From: a virus
Lineage: Duplodnaviria > Caudoviricetes
IMG/VR virus record: IMGVR_UViG_3300029309_000066
Location: 1 to 50,943 of that record
Reading direction: 5' to 3' (one strand)
Length of the DNA: 50,943 bases
In this document: positions 36,473 to 46,292 of the stretch, in pieces
How the letters are laid out: each line of letters begins with the position of its first letter
Position numbering within the stretch: position 1 is the stretch's first letter
Translations under genes and position numbers: made by a program
Notes under the pieces: model-generated
The model's input: the letters and a program-made list of their open reading frames with translations, nothing else
Told to the model about the DNA's origin: nothing
Database searches by the model: none

Positions 36473-37833
36473 TAATTATCCCTGCTATCTAATTCTTTTT
36501 CAATAAGTTCTAGTTGTGCATCGTCTATTTTAAATACTTCTGCATTTTGTATTAATTGTAGTAAAAATGTTTTTGTCGTTCTTTTTAATACCTGTGGGTT
36601 AATAATTATTTTTGCATCACCTAAACCTGTACCCTCATTTTTATCTACGTCAGTAATATCAACTTGTTGCGCCATTATATCGTCAAAATTTTCTTTTACA
36701 GTAAATCCGGGTGCAATAAATTCAAAAGCTGATTGTTTCTTTTCATCTGATGCACCTGCACCTGCAAGTTTATCAGCACTACTTTTAAATCCATCTATAA
36801 CTTTATTAAATCTTTTTGTTTTATCAGCATAAATTTTTATCGTTGCATTATATATTTGTTTTCTTATGCCTTTTGATAATTTACCAGTTCCCAGTAAGGC
36901 ATTTATAATTTGTGCTTTTAAAGATGCAGTAATAGAACCTGCACTTGCAACTGATTGCACCTCTGATTCTCTTGCCACAGATGTTGGGTCAAGTATCTTT
37001 GCAAAACCAACTGCTAAACCATAATCACTAATCGCATCTTCGTTATCATAAAATCCCTTAATATTCTCATAGGCTCTTTGCACCTCTTTATGTGCTTTTA
37101 ATGCAGGTGCTAGTTTATTTTGTTGATTTTCTATTGCACCAAAAACCTCTTTATCAAATCCAGCAATTTGTGGTGGATATGCCTTAATTATAAAACCTTT
37201 TTTATTTGCATATTTAGCATCTTCTTCATTTAATAGAACATTACCATTTGCAGAAATTTGTAAATTTGTAAACAATGGGTCTGCCCTCATTAGGTCAGTA
37301 TCTACAACACCATATGGTTGTAATTTTTCACTATCTTTTTTTTCTGAAGCAAGTGATAATTTAGACTTTATATCATCTGGTAAACGTGAAAATTCACCTT
37401 GTGTTATTAATGTAGATTTACCTGCTGGTACATTCTGACCTCTAATTAAAACATCTTCTTTTGCTGTAACAGAAAAAGGTTTGGTTGTATCGCCCTGTGC
37501 TTTTAACAAGCTTAAACCAGTGCTTAATTTTGTTAAATCTTCTACACGTTGTACTTTTTTTCTATCTAAATAATCTTTTGCACCTGCTCCAATACCAGTA
37601 GATATTGCACCAAGACCTGTAGCACCGGGTTTACTTGCCTCTGCTATTGTTCTTAAAGAACCTTGTAAAAGTGCTAGGTTTTTCAATGTATTGTCTGAAA
37701 CTGTACTTGGTTGTAAGGCTCTTCGTACTAAAGGTCCCAAGGCACCTCTGGTTATATCGCCAATATTTGTACCAGATGCACCAAGAGTTGTATTTAAGAA
37801 ATTTTGTGTCGTTGTAAAATCTGTTTCTGCCAT
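36472..37833 (-). CDS. Internal virion / DNA ejection protein
   Basis: D......F.K.LDP.SV.RESE motif; synteny. Confidence 0.7.
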   Translation of the reverse strand: MAETDFTTTQNFLNTTLGASGTNIGDITRGALGPLVRRALQPSTVSDNTLKNLALLQGSLRTIAEASKPGATGLGAISTGIGAGAKDYLDRKKVQRVEDLTKLSTGLSLLKAQGDTTKPFSVTAKEDVLIRGQNVPAGKSTLITQGEFSRLPDDIKSKLSLASEKKDSEKLQPYGVVDTDLMRADPLFTNLQISANGNVLLNEEDAKYANKKGFIIKAYPPQIAGFDKEVFGAIENQQNKLAPALKAHKEVQRAYENIKGFYDNEDAISDYGLAVGFAKILDPTSVARESEVQSVASAGSITASLKAQIINALLGTGKLSKGIRKQIYNATIKIYADKTKRFNKVIDGFKSSADKLAGAGASDEKKQSAFEFIAPGFTVKENFDDIMAQQVDITDVDKNEGTGLGDAKIIINPQVLKRTTKTFLLQLIQNAEVFKIDDAQLELIEKELDSRDN

Positions 37834-38795
37834 TATTTTTTACCTAATCCATATAATGCACCTAATGCTCCTAATGCACCAACTGTCTGGCCATAAATAC
37901 TTGGTTGGTTAACAATTTGAGAGCCTGTAGATAATTGTCTTGTCAATGTCTCATATGGTATGCCTTGCAATGCACCCAGTACAAAATTCAACATTTCAAA
38001 TGGAAATTGTTGTTGTTGCAGAAAATCACCATAGGCTGTATCTAATGCCCTTTGGTCAAGTGTTCTTTCTGCTTCTCCAGCAGTTAATAATCCAGTTGCT
38101 CTTTGTTCTGTTAATGCTTGAGATAAAGGCGCTAATTGTGATAACGTTTCTGTTGCTCTTAATCTTGATGCCTCATCTGTTTCAAAATCGGCTCTTCTTG
38201 CGTCTCTGTCTGCATCATATCTGTCAGATGCAAAAGTTAATGCATCAAGACCTGCTTGTTTAACTAAATCTGTACTTGCTTTTCCAAACTCGGCATCTGT
38301 TAATGCCTCTCTTACACCCAATCTTGAACCACCAAATGCACCTGCCCTTATTGCATCTGCCCTATTTTCAACCTGTCTGTCTTCTCGTTCTCTTTGTAAT
38401 CTATCTAATGCAGGGTCTATGGCTGTTTGAAAAGTACCCATATATTGATTAACTGTATCTGCTGAAAATGGGTCCATTTCATCAAGTCCTTGACCTAATG
38501 TACCTGCCATATCTACTGAATCTTGCAAGATATCTTGAAAATCAGTATTATTTGCCAATATATCTAAACCTTGTCGTTCTAATTCTGTTAAACGTTCTGG
38601 GTTTCCCTCTTCATCTGTTCCATAAGTGGCAAATCTTTCTCCTGTATATTCTGGAAAATCGCTTTGTGCCAGTTCTTCTGCCTGTTCAAATATTCTTTTT
38701 CCACCTTCTGCGACAAAGGCAGGTATATTGGTACCAGTAACTACCTCTGTACTTGTAGGTAATTGTTCAGTTGTTGTGGTACATAAGCCACCCAT
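37833..38795 (-). CDS. DNA ejection (pilot) protein
   Basis: GAFGGSR motif, Gln/Ala-rich, Gly-rich hydrophobic C-terminus. Confidence 0.7.
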   Translation of the reverse strand: MGGLCTTTTEQLPTSTEVVTGTNIPAFVAEGGKRIFEQAEELAQSDFPEYTGERFATYGTDEEGNPERLTELERQGLDILANNTDFQDILQDSVDMAGTLGQGLDEMDPFSADTVNQYMGTFQTAIDPALDRLQREREDRQVENRADAIRAGAFGGSRLGVREALTDAEFGKASTDLVKQAGLDALTFASDRYDADRDARRADFETDEASRLRATETLSQLAPLSQALTEQRATGLLTAGEAERTLDQRALDTAYGDFLQQQQFPFEMLNFVLGALQGIPYETLTRQLSTGSQIVNQPSIYGQTVGALGALGALYGLGKK

Positions 38796-39233
38796 TTAAG
38801 CCTCCATATATACAGAACCTGCTCTCACAAATCCTAACCTTTCATAAAATTTATCTTTTCTTTCTATATCACCAGAGAAAATATGCCCAAGACGTAATTT
38901 TAATTTAGCTTTTTTTGCTAATTTAATGAATTCGTCTATTAATTTTTTACCTGCCAAACTCTTTCTATTATTTTTCATTACATAGTACCACGCATCAGCC
39001 AAATGCGTTTCATCTGTCCACCAATCTTGCGATATTTGACCAGCAATAGAACCAACAACTTTATTATCATCAACAGCAACCAATACCAATCCATCATGTA
39101 GTAAGACATTGATTTTATTGATTAATTTTACAGAATTTATTTTTGGTGTTTCTATTTCAGTCTCCTCATGCATTTTGTGTAACAAAAAAATTATTGCTGA
39201 TATATCTAAAAGTGTTGCTTTTCTTATAATCAT
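38796..39233 (-). CDS. GNAT-family acetyltransferase
   Basis: IRKAT..D, WYYV....R....GKKL, FYERLGF. Confidence 0.85.
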   Translation of the reverse strand: MIIRKATLLDISAIIFLLHKMHEETEIETPKINSVKLINKINVLLHDGLVLVAVDDNKVVGSIAGQISQDWWTDETHLADAWYYVMKNNRKSLAGKKLIDEFIKLAKKAKLKLRLGHIFSGDIERKDKFYERLGFVRAGSVYMEA

Positions 39234-39532
39234 TTAACATTAGCCAAAGCACCCATATTTTCTTCTGGCATTTTACTTCTTTTTGGCTCCTCCTCTGGCA
39301 TATCTTTCTCAGACATACCACCAATTTTTTGTATCAATTCTGCTAATTCTGGTAATAATTTTATTAATACATTCATAACTCTGGGACTTATTGCCTCGTC
39401 AAGCATTTTTAATTCTTCTTCTGTCATCTCAGCCAATCTTGACATAAGAACAATTTGTATGCTTTCAGAAGGTTTTTTTAGATTTTCTTTGGCTTTTTCT
39501 GGCATATTTATGCCCATATCTTCAAGTGCCAT
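39230..39532 (-). CDS. Hypothetical protein
   Basis: GGAG RBS; coupled. Confidence 0.75.
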   Translation of the reverse strand: MALEDMGINMPEKAKENLKKPSESIQIVLMSRLAEMTEEELKMLDEAISPRVMNVLIKLLPELAELIQKIGGMSEKDMPEEEPKRSKMPEENMGALANVK

Positions 39533-40832
39533 TTTTTTCTCCTGTGTATAAAACTGTATAATCAGTTTCTTTTTTAAAATATCCTATAATATAACACATT
39601 GGTTCAAATATTTTTCTATAAATTTTTCCAAGGTAATCTGGTTTATCAGCTTTTCCCAGTAAGTATTTGATTTCGTTACATCTATGTTGCGCAATATGTT
39701 TCCAAAATTTTACAAATCTACCTTTTCTTAAACCTTTAACAACAAGAATAGCCCAAGCATGATAGCCATTTATATGTTGTTTTGTTAGTCTTTTCTGCGT
39801 AAATTCTAAATCTATAAGTACATCTTTGGCTGACATTAAATTTTGTCTAAATAATTCATTACAAATTACTCTACCTGATATTGCTCTACCTATACTACCA
39901 CCAACAACAGCACCAATCGGACCACCTATTGCAGAACCAATATATGTACCTAAACCAGTACCAATTGCTGTTTTTGCAGCCTCTCCTGCATCTTTACCTT
40001 GAATTAATCCCAAAGCAAAATCTGCTACACCTGCACCAACACCTTGCATTTGAAATCTAGAATCTGCAAGTCTTGCTGTTGTACTACCAACTAATCCACC
40101 TGCATCAACATTTATGGCATCTACATCTACATCAGTTCCTTTAAGATTGGCAGAACTTGCATCTGGCTCATAGGCAAATATATTTTCTCGTGTATCACCT
40201 ACCTTTTCAATTCCTACAAGGCTTCTACTTGGTGCAATTTGTTCAAATAAATCTTCTTGTCCTGATAATTTTGCAGCGGTTTTACTTGCCAAAGACGGAG
40301 CATAAATTAATGGTTTATTACCTGTACCTAATCTTGTCTCGTTAATTCTCCCAAGTCTAAATGCTGTTCTATCAAAATTGTTTAAATCATAATTAGATAT
40401 CGCATCTGTTGGTAATGTATCTTGCCCTATTGCTGACATAAAGCCTCGTGATAAAGCATCACCTTCTTTTACTAATGGGTCTCCAAATGCCCTACCAATA
40501 TTACCACCTACTTGAACACCTACTGCAGAAATTGTATCTTCTAATGCTTGTTGTGCCACCTCTTCTGGTGTCATTACACCATCTGGTCTTTGCTGTGCAG
40601 GTATTTGATAATTACCAAATAGCATTTGGTCACTGGGAATATTAGGGTCGTATTCTTTTTCACCAGTTTGTAATAACTTCACAAATTCTAATGATGGCAA
40701 AACCCTTGTACCATAGAATCTTAAGTCTGCATTTTCTGGTATAGGCTGAGATTGTAATTGATAAATACCATAGGTAGACTTATCTTCGTCTTTTATTTCA
40801 TCGCCAAATGCACCGTAAGTTGGTTCAGCCAT
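39522..40832 (-). CDS. Putative internal virion protein with a glycine zipper and a C-terminal Cys-initiated domain
   Basis: GTGLGTYIGSAIGGPIGAVVGGSIG followed by VICNELFRQ...GYHAW. Confidence 0.65.
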   Translation of the reverse strand: MAEPTYGAFGDEIKDEDKSTYGIYQLQSQPIPENADLRFYGTRVLPSLEFVKLLQTGEKEYDPNIPSDQMLFGNYQIPAQQRPDGVMTPEEVAQQALEDTISAVGVQVGGNIGRAFGDPLVKEGDALSRGFMSAIGQDTLPTDAISNYDLNNFDRTAFRLGRINETRLGTGNKPLIYAPSLASKTAAKLSGQEDLFEQIAPSRSLVGIEKVGDTRENIFAYEPDASSANLKGTDVDVDAINVDAGGLVGSTTARLADSRFQMQGVGAGVADFALGLIQGKDAGEAAKTAIGTGLGTYIGSAIGGPIGAVVGGSIGRAISGRVICNELFRQNLMSAKDVLIDLEFTQKRLTKQHINGYHAWAILVVKGLRKGRFVKFWKHIAQHRCNEIKYLLGKADKPDYLGKIYRKIFEPMCYIIGYFKKETDYTVLYTGEKNGT

Positions 40833-41153
40833 TTACGTAATCTCCAATAAACTAACAATCACATGTAATCTACCTGCTGTGGTTGCTTGCGCTTTCAATA
40901 TCTCACTTTCTTGTATTATAAGTGGTTGTGTTAATAATTCAACTGTTGAATTACCTGTGATAGATTTACTTTTATAAATAGAAAAAACATCAGCACCATT
41001 TGTTAAGGTAAAATTTATTGTATCACCACTACCACTATCATCATTTACTAATATACTTTTTACAATTGTTTGTGTTGCAGTAGGACATGTATATATTGTA
41101 GTATTATCAGTTGTAGTCAAATCAGCCTTTGCATTTTTAAAATTATTTGCCAT
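40833..41153 (-). CDS. Small virion structural protein
   Basis: MAN.FKN, IYTCP, S.LEI; tail region. Confidence 0.65.
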   Translation of the reverse strand: MANNFKNAKADLTTTDNTTIYTCPTATQTIVKSILVNDDSGSGDTINFTLTNGADVFSIYKSKSITGNSTVELLTQPLIIQESEILKAQATTAGRLHVIVSLLEIT

Positions 41154-41156
41154 TAA

Positions 41157-41363
41157 TTAACCTAAAAAAAATCCTTTTGCTGTTGCATCATCATCTGCCT
41201 GTGTATTAGAACTATCTGTTTCAAATTCTGATTTATTTTGTTGTATTTCTAATGTCGTAACTAAATTTTGTAAATAATTATTTATTTCTAAAAATTTAAT
41301 TGCAAACTGTTCTGGTGTTGCAGGTGTTGCTAATGTTATTGGTGGTTGTGGTAATCTTATCAT
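41157..41363 (-). CDS. Hypothetical tail-associated protein
   Basis: RLP.PP motif; directly after the tail tubular gene. Confidence 0.65.
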   Translation of the reverse strand: MIRLPQPPITLATPATPEQFAIKFLEINNYLQNLVTTLEIQQNKSEFETDSSNTQADDDATAKGFFLG

Positions 41364-43243
41364 CTTACACTATCTGCCTGTGCATTTATTCTAAAATCGC
41401 CTAATGACCAATCATCATTTGCACCAGAACTACTATATCTAATTGCAATTTGCCTACCTTTTACTCTTGTACTAATTTTTTCTGTATTATGAGCAACGGT
41501 AAAAGGTCCCTTTGTTATTTCAGTGGCATTTGGATATTTTCTTGTTTTAAATTCAAGTGATAGATTAGTACTTACAGACATATTTGCATCTGGTATAATT
41601 CTATCAATTAAAAATTGTCTTGTCCCATCTGCATCAATCTCTATTTCTGCACTTTCAATATGACAATTCATGGCTTCACCATCATCACTTGTACCTGTTT
41701 CGTGATTATATAAACGACCATCTTTATCAAAAGCAAAAGGTACTGTTTTAAAACCTTTCGCATCTGTCCATGTATTTCTATCTAATTCACCTATTGTCCA
41801 AACATCTTCTAAATAATTGTATGTAACATAACTATCTGGCTCTTGATTTGATGTTGCTGTATTTGCTGTACTTACATAAAACCAAGTTATTTCATTAAAT
41901 TTTTTATTATGACCTACATGTGTTTTATCAAGTCTGTCATTATTAATTCTGTTAAAAACAAAATGTTTTACAGGACAAGGTAATTCTTGAACACTACCAT
42001 TATATAAGAAAAAATTACTTTTACCTATCCAATAAGCTCTTGAGTCAACTACAATCGTACCTTCTTGAGCAACTGCACCACAATTTACTGCTAATAATCT
42101 AAATGAAAATGTAAATGGTGGCCCAACAAATGTCATGCCATAAATGGCTTCATCAGTTTGTATTAACGTTTCGTCTTTTGAAGGTGTCATAGAAATAATC
42201 TTACTACCAATTTCTAATCGTTGGTCTCCTGCGGTATTTGTGGCTGTTACTGTAAAATTTGTAAAATCTTCTTGGTCTGAAAATCTTACTAACATTGGGT
42301 CAAAAAGACTTGTTGATATATTTATTGTACCTGCAGTAATAAAGTGTCTGTCTGGAAAAGAAACACTTGTAATTCTATTTTCAACTGGTACACCAGATGC
42401 ACCTGCCAATGATGATGCCAAAACCGCTCGTGTGCCTTCACCACTTGTTCTGCTCCAGTAATAAATTTGACCATTTCTATTATTTGCTAATAAATCATCT
42501 CCCCATATATTCAAAGACCATCTTGTGGCATCAAATACTAGACTATTAGATGCTACAGTTCTTGGTGTATTCCATGTGCCTGCATTCCATGTTCCAACAC
42601 CCCAACCAGTTGCAGGGTCTGCACTTTCAATACCCATGTTTTCAGCCTTGCCAATAAGATATTTTATATTTAATGTACCACCACCACCAGATACTGTACT
42701 AGAAGCATTAGAAGGTGCTTCAAACGAATATGAATTATTATCAATTTTTGTTATTTGATATCCTGCTTGTCTGTTTAAATCATCTGCTGATATACCACCA
42801 ATGGCAGATGCACTATCTATAACTACAAAATCACCTGTTGATGCACCATGACCAGTATCTGCAACAGTTATTGTGGCATCACCATTAGCAGTTGTTAATG
42901 GATTACTTAAAGATGCTGATGTTTTTCTAAGTGGTGTTATATCGTGTAATGTATTGTCTTTAATTAAATATAAATGAGAAGTTGTGCCTACTGCTATTCT
43001 ATCAAGACCATCAAAACCACGCCAATACAAAGATTTTTTTGGTGTTCCCTGTAATAATACAGATGTAGATGGGTCAGAAGAATAAAAATATTTTTCTTCT
43101 TGCCAACCACCTATCTTTTCTGGGAAACCATTTTTAAATCTAACAAGGTTACTATCAACATAGAATGGACCATTTTTACCTGCTGAATAGTCTGTTATAT
43201 CTTTAACAACACCCGGTTGTATTTGTACCAATCTTAATGTCAA
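41360..43243 (-). CDS. Tail tubular protein B / P22 gp10-like DNA stabilisation protein
   Basis: VRF.NG.PEKIGGW, VRFSDQE, NTAG.QRL, FNEI.WFY, R.RQ; beta-propeller-like. Confidence 0.8.
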   Translation of the reverse strand: MTLRLVQIQPGVVKDITDYSAGKNGPFYVDSNLVRFKNGFPEKIGGWQEEKYFYSSDPSTSVLLQGTPKKSLYWRGFDGLDRIAVGTTSHLYLIKDNTLHDITPLRKTSASLSNPLTTANGDATITVADTGHGASTGDFVVIDSASAIGGISADDLNRQAGYQITKIDNNSYSFEAPSNASSTVSGGGGTLNIKYLIGKAENMGIESADPATGWGVGTWNAGTWNTPRTVASNSLVFDATRWSLNIWGDDLLANNRNGQIYYWSRTSGEGTRAVLASSLAGASGVPVENRITSVSFPDRHFITAGTINISTSLFDPMLVRFSDQEDFTNFTVTATNTAGDQRLEIGSKIISMTPSKDETLIQTDEAIYGMTFVGPPFTFSFRLLAVNCGAVAQEGTIVVDSRAYWIGKSNFFLYNGSVQELPCPVKHFVFNRINNDRLDKTHVGHNKKFNEITWFYVSTANTATSNQEPDSYVTYNYLEDVWTIGELDRNTWTDAKGFKTVPFAFDKDGRLYNHETGTSDDGEAMNCHIESAEIEIDADGTRQFLIDRIIPDANMSVSTNLSLEFKTRKYPNATEITKGPFTVAHNTEKISTRVKGRQIAIRYSSSGANDDWSLGDFRINAQADSVR

Positions 43244-43683
43244 TCTATTGCCTTCATTCTTTCAACTAATCTATCTGCTCTGTTAGTTACTTGTCTATAC
43301 CACTTGGAGTCTTTCATCTCCTCGCTTGCAGAAACAAAGTCCCTATTATCAATATGTTTCTTCATCTTCAAAAATCTACTTAAACGAGGACGACCAAGAT
43401 TAAACATCATATTTGCTATAATTAATTGTGCTTCTTCTGGTAATGTATAAAAATCTTCATATAAATAAGTACATTCATCTAATGTAACTTTTATATCTTC
43501 ATCAAATAATTCGTTTACTCTTTCTTCACTAATCTCAGTTCCTACATCTAAGCCATATTCTGGGTCAGTTTCTTTTATAAGATGTCCCACCCCACAAGTC
43601 GGTAGGGATAAGTGGTCAAGGTATATTTCATATTTTACACCCTCGTCTATTTTCAATTCTTCACGTAATTTTTCAATATTCAT
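43240..43683 (-). CDS. Endolysin (T4-type lysozyme, GH24)
   Basis: DEG....IY.D.....T.G.GHL, NM.FNLG, EM.DS.W..Q...RA. Confidence 0.92.
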   Translation of the reverse strand: MNIEKLREELKIDEGVKYEIYLDHLSLPTCGVGHLIKETDPEYGLDVGTEISEERVNELFDEDIKVTLDECTYLYEDFYTLPEEAQLIIANMMFNLGRPRLSRFLKMKKHIDNRDFVSASEEMKDSKWYRQVTNRADRLVERMKAID

Positions 43684-43784
43684 TTTTTTAACCTATCATT
43701 ATCTATTACACCACAAATAGGACATTTATACACACCTTTTATTTCTGTTTCATTCATATTAATTTTACATCTTTCACACATCAT
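43680..43784 (-). CDS. Tiny zinc-ribbon protein (34 aa, not in ORF track)
   Basis: MMCERCKINMNETEIKGVYKCPICGVIDNDRLKK; ATGA overlaps at both ends. Confidence 0.6.
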   Translation of the reverse strand: MMCERCKINMNETEIKGVYKCPICGVIDNDRLKK

Positions 43785-44179
43785 TTTGTAATACCTTTAA
43801 ATTTTTCAAATGTACGGAGTCCTCCCAAACCGAGCATACCCATGAGTACTGTTAATAAAGACTCCATATCAAACGTTGGTAATTTTGGTAATTCTACACC
43901 AAAATAGGCTGAAAAAAACATTATAAATGGTGCTAAAACAAAATGCCAAGCTAATGCAATACCACAAGTCCAACCAACAAAAGGCCTCCAACCTGCAACA
44001 AATATACTTCTATGTTGTGCTTCTGTTTTATTTATTTCTAATTGACCTTTTGCTAATTCTTGAGCATGTTTTTCAGCCATTGTAGCAATATCATGTGCCA
44101 ATTTGTTTTTTGTGTCTTTATCCTCAATAAATTTGCCTAATAATTTGGTGGCAGGACCAATTAATGCTTGTATCACCAT
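43781..44179 (-). CDS. Holin (GTA 3TM-holin-like)
   Basis: FVAGWRPF.GW, GMLGLGG.RTFEK. Confidence 0.85.
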   Translation of the reverse strand: MVIQALIGPATKLLGKFIEDKDTKNKLAHDIATMAEKHAQELAKGQLEINKTEAQHRSIFVAGWRPFVGWTCGIALAWHFVLAPFIMFFSAYFGVELPKLPTFDMESLLTVLMGMLGLGGLRTFEKFKGITK

Positions 44180-44367
44180 AACCTCATTTGTTTATTTACA
44201 TTTACTAATTTACAATAACAATCATATTTTTGTGTTTCTTCACCTATCTTTACTGTTTGATTAGCTAATCTATCTTTAAAATAATTACAATTGTTTACAT
44301 TTGATAAATGCAAAGCTCCTGCAGGATTACCTGCTAAATAGCATAATAAAACAAATGCAGGTTTCAT
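44173..44367 (-). CDS. Small Cys-containing hypothetical protein
   Basis: F.L.CYL, C..F...L, CYC. Confidence 0.65.
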   Translation of the reverse strand: MKPAFVLLCYLAGNPAGALHLSNVNNCNYFKDRLANQTVKIGEETQKYDCYCKLVNVNKQMRLW

Positions 44368-44681
44368 TTGCCATTCCTATTCATTATGGCCGATGCACCC
44401 ATATATGCAGCAACAATGCCACCACCAGTGATGTAAAAAAGATTGCTAATATCGGCAAGTGCTTTAACTCTTTCGATATCGACAAAAAACATAGCAAAAG
44501 TAAAAGAAGCCATAGCAACCAAACTGGCAGTTGCCATTCTTCTTTGCGCCCTTTGTTTTCGTAAATCATGTTCTAGTTTTTCAATATCTGCCACATGTGA
44601 CAGTTCATCATCTGATACTATACCATCGCCATCAACATCATATTTTGCGTAATCGGAAGATTTTTGCAAACTTTTTGGCAT
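44364..44681 (-). CDS. EF-hand-loop, two-TM membrane protein (holin/antiholin-like)
   Basis: DVDGDGIVSDDE loop followed by two hydrophobic helices. Confidence 0.7.
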   Translation of the reverse strand: MPKSLQKSSDYAKYDVDGDGIVSDDELSHVADIEKLEHDLRKQRAQRRMATASLVAMASFTFAMFFVDIERVKALADISNLFYITGGGIVAAYMGASAIMNRNGK

Positions 44682-44820
44682 AAATCTTTATCCTTTCAAT
44701 AATTGTAGGTTTTTCGCTAACATAAGCCTCATTCTTTTTTGTATTTGGATTATCAGCAATAAATCTACCTTTATCAGTTCTTGCTCTTTTTCTTGGTCTG
44801 CCTCTTTTCTTTTCAGTCAT
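44638..44820 (-). CDS. Small basic protein with an AT-hook-like motif
   Basis: KKRGRPRK; RAR..KGRFIAD.P.T..NEA. Confidence 0.65.
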   Translation of the reverse strand: MTEKKRGRPRKRARTDKGRFIADNPNTKKNEAYVSEKPTIIERIKIYAKKFAKIFRLRKI

Positions 44821-46283
44821 TATGGTGTCCTATTAAATTCTCCAGTATAATTAGATGTATCAATACCTGCAGTTGGTTCGCCATCAGAATTATTGGTAAC
44901 ACCTGTGCCACCAAAGGCATCACCAGTTGCTACTGGTTGATTTGATGCATTTTCTGCAGGTTTTTGACCAGTATAACTCCATGATGTTCCACTTCCTACA
45001 ATTACTGCGGTTGCAGTAGCACCAACATTTCCAGAACCTGTACCTGCAACAAAATTTATTGGATTATCGTTGTTATTGGTAACTGTAAAATTACTACCAC
45101 TTATAGATATAACAACTGTACCTGTTGCACCGTCACCACCATCACCAGTTGCTACTGTAGCATTACCACTACCTGTAGCACTTATACCTAGTACTGATGC
45201 TCTTGAACCTGTAAATGAAAATGCTTCGCTTGTTTGTGATGTTGCAATACTTGCTGTTGCACCACTTGCAATACTTGTATTTCCAGTAGGTGTTGTATAT
45301 GTTATTGCTCCACCACTATTATTTGTTACTGCAAAAGTTCTTCCAGAAACTCTAATTGTTTGATTTATTAATTTAGCAGTTGTAATATTAAACCCAGACC
45401 GTGTTCCAGCATTTCCCCTAGCACAAACCAAGGCTCCTCTATAATCCCATTTAAAGGTATTAAGTAAATTTGTTGCGGGGTCATTACTGCCTGCTGGTTG
45501 AACAAATGCTTGAAAGAAAATACCAGTAGATAGAGGGCCATTCGTTCCACCAGAACCTGCTTGAGCATTTGTATAGGTTCCACCAAAACCACTAGGCGTT
45601 GTTCCTGTATAGCGAAATTTTGATGCATTTGCTCCAAAAAGTTCAGTTATTTGTGCAGTAGTTGCTGTTGTACCTGAACCACTATTGCTTGAACCTCCAG
45701 ATGTAGAAAGTCTTGAACCGGGCCCTAATGTGCCAGTTGATGTTACAACTGTAACACCAGATGGTATTCTCGGAAAAAAACCACCAAATCTAAATGTACC
45801 ATTACCAGAAGCAGGTGAGTTAACATAAGCATGCCATGTCAATACCACATCTTGTCCAGTTGTATCAGATGTGGTACTTGATACTGTTGTTCCCACATTA
45901 CCTGCCATATTCCCAAGATTTGTACCTCCTGTACTTGAAGGTGATACAGTTACAGTGCCAGTTCTTGAACCAGAAGAATAAGCAAGTGTTCCACCACTTG
46001 ATACCAAGCCTCCACCTTTTAATTCAACTGTACCTGTGCCATTATAAACAATAGGAGTTGATGCAGTTCCTGTACCAGATGCACCTAACAAATTTCTATT
46101 ATTAACATCAAGTATAATTTTTTTATGGTTCGCATTATTGTTGATTGTTATTGTTCCAGTAATATCTGCAGTTAATCTGTAAAATTGAACAGGTAAAGCA
46201 TCTTTAGAACCTGCTTTTGTATTTAAAGTTCCTGCAGAATCAACTGCTGTAAATCCCAAATTAGATATAAAAGGAACAGACAT
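44820..46283 (-). CDS. Gly/Thr/Ser-rich tail fibre / receptor-binding protein
   Basis: Low-charge, beta-rich, 487 aa, in the tail module. Confidence 0.65.
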   Translation of the reverse strand: MSVPFISNLGFTAVDSAGTLNTKAGSKDALPVQFYRLTADITGTITINNNANHKKIILDVNNRNLLGASGTGTASTPIVYNGTGTVELKGGGLVSSGGTLAYSSGSRTGTVTVSPSSTGGTNLGNMAGNVGTTVSSTTSDTTGQDVVLTWHAYVNSPASGNGTFRFGGFFPRIPSGVTVVTSTGTLGPGSRLSTSGGSSNSGSGTTATTAQITELFGANASKFRYTGTTPSGFGGTYTNAQAGSGGTNGPLSTGIFFQAFVQPAGSNDPATNLLNTFKWDYRGALVCARGNAGTRSGFNITTAKLINQTIRVSGRTFAVTNNSGGAITYTTPTGNTSIASGATASIATSQTSEAFSFTGSRASVLGISATGSGNATVATGDGGDGATGTVVISISGSNFTVTNNNDNPINFVAGTGSGNVGATATAVIVGSGTSWSYTGQKPAENASNQPVATGDAFGGTGVTNNSDGEPTAGIDTSNYTGEFNRTP

Positions 46284-46292
46284 TTTAACTCC

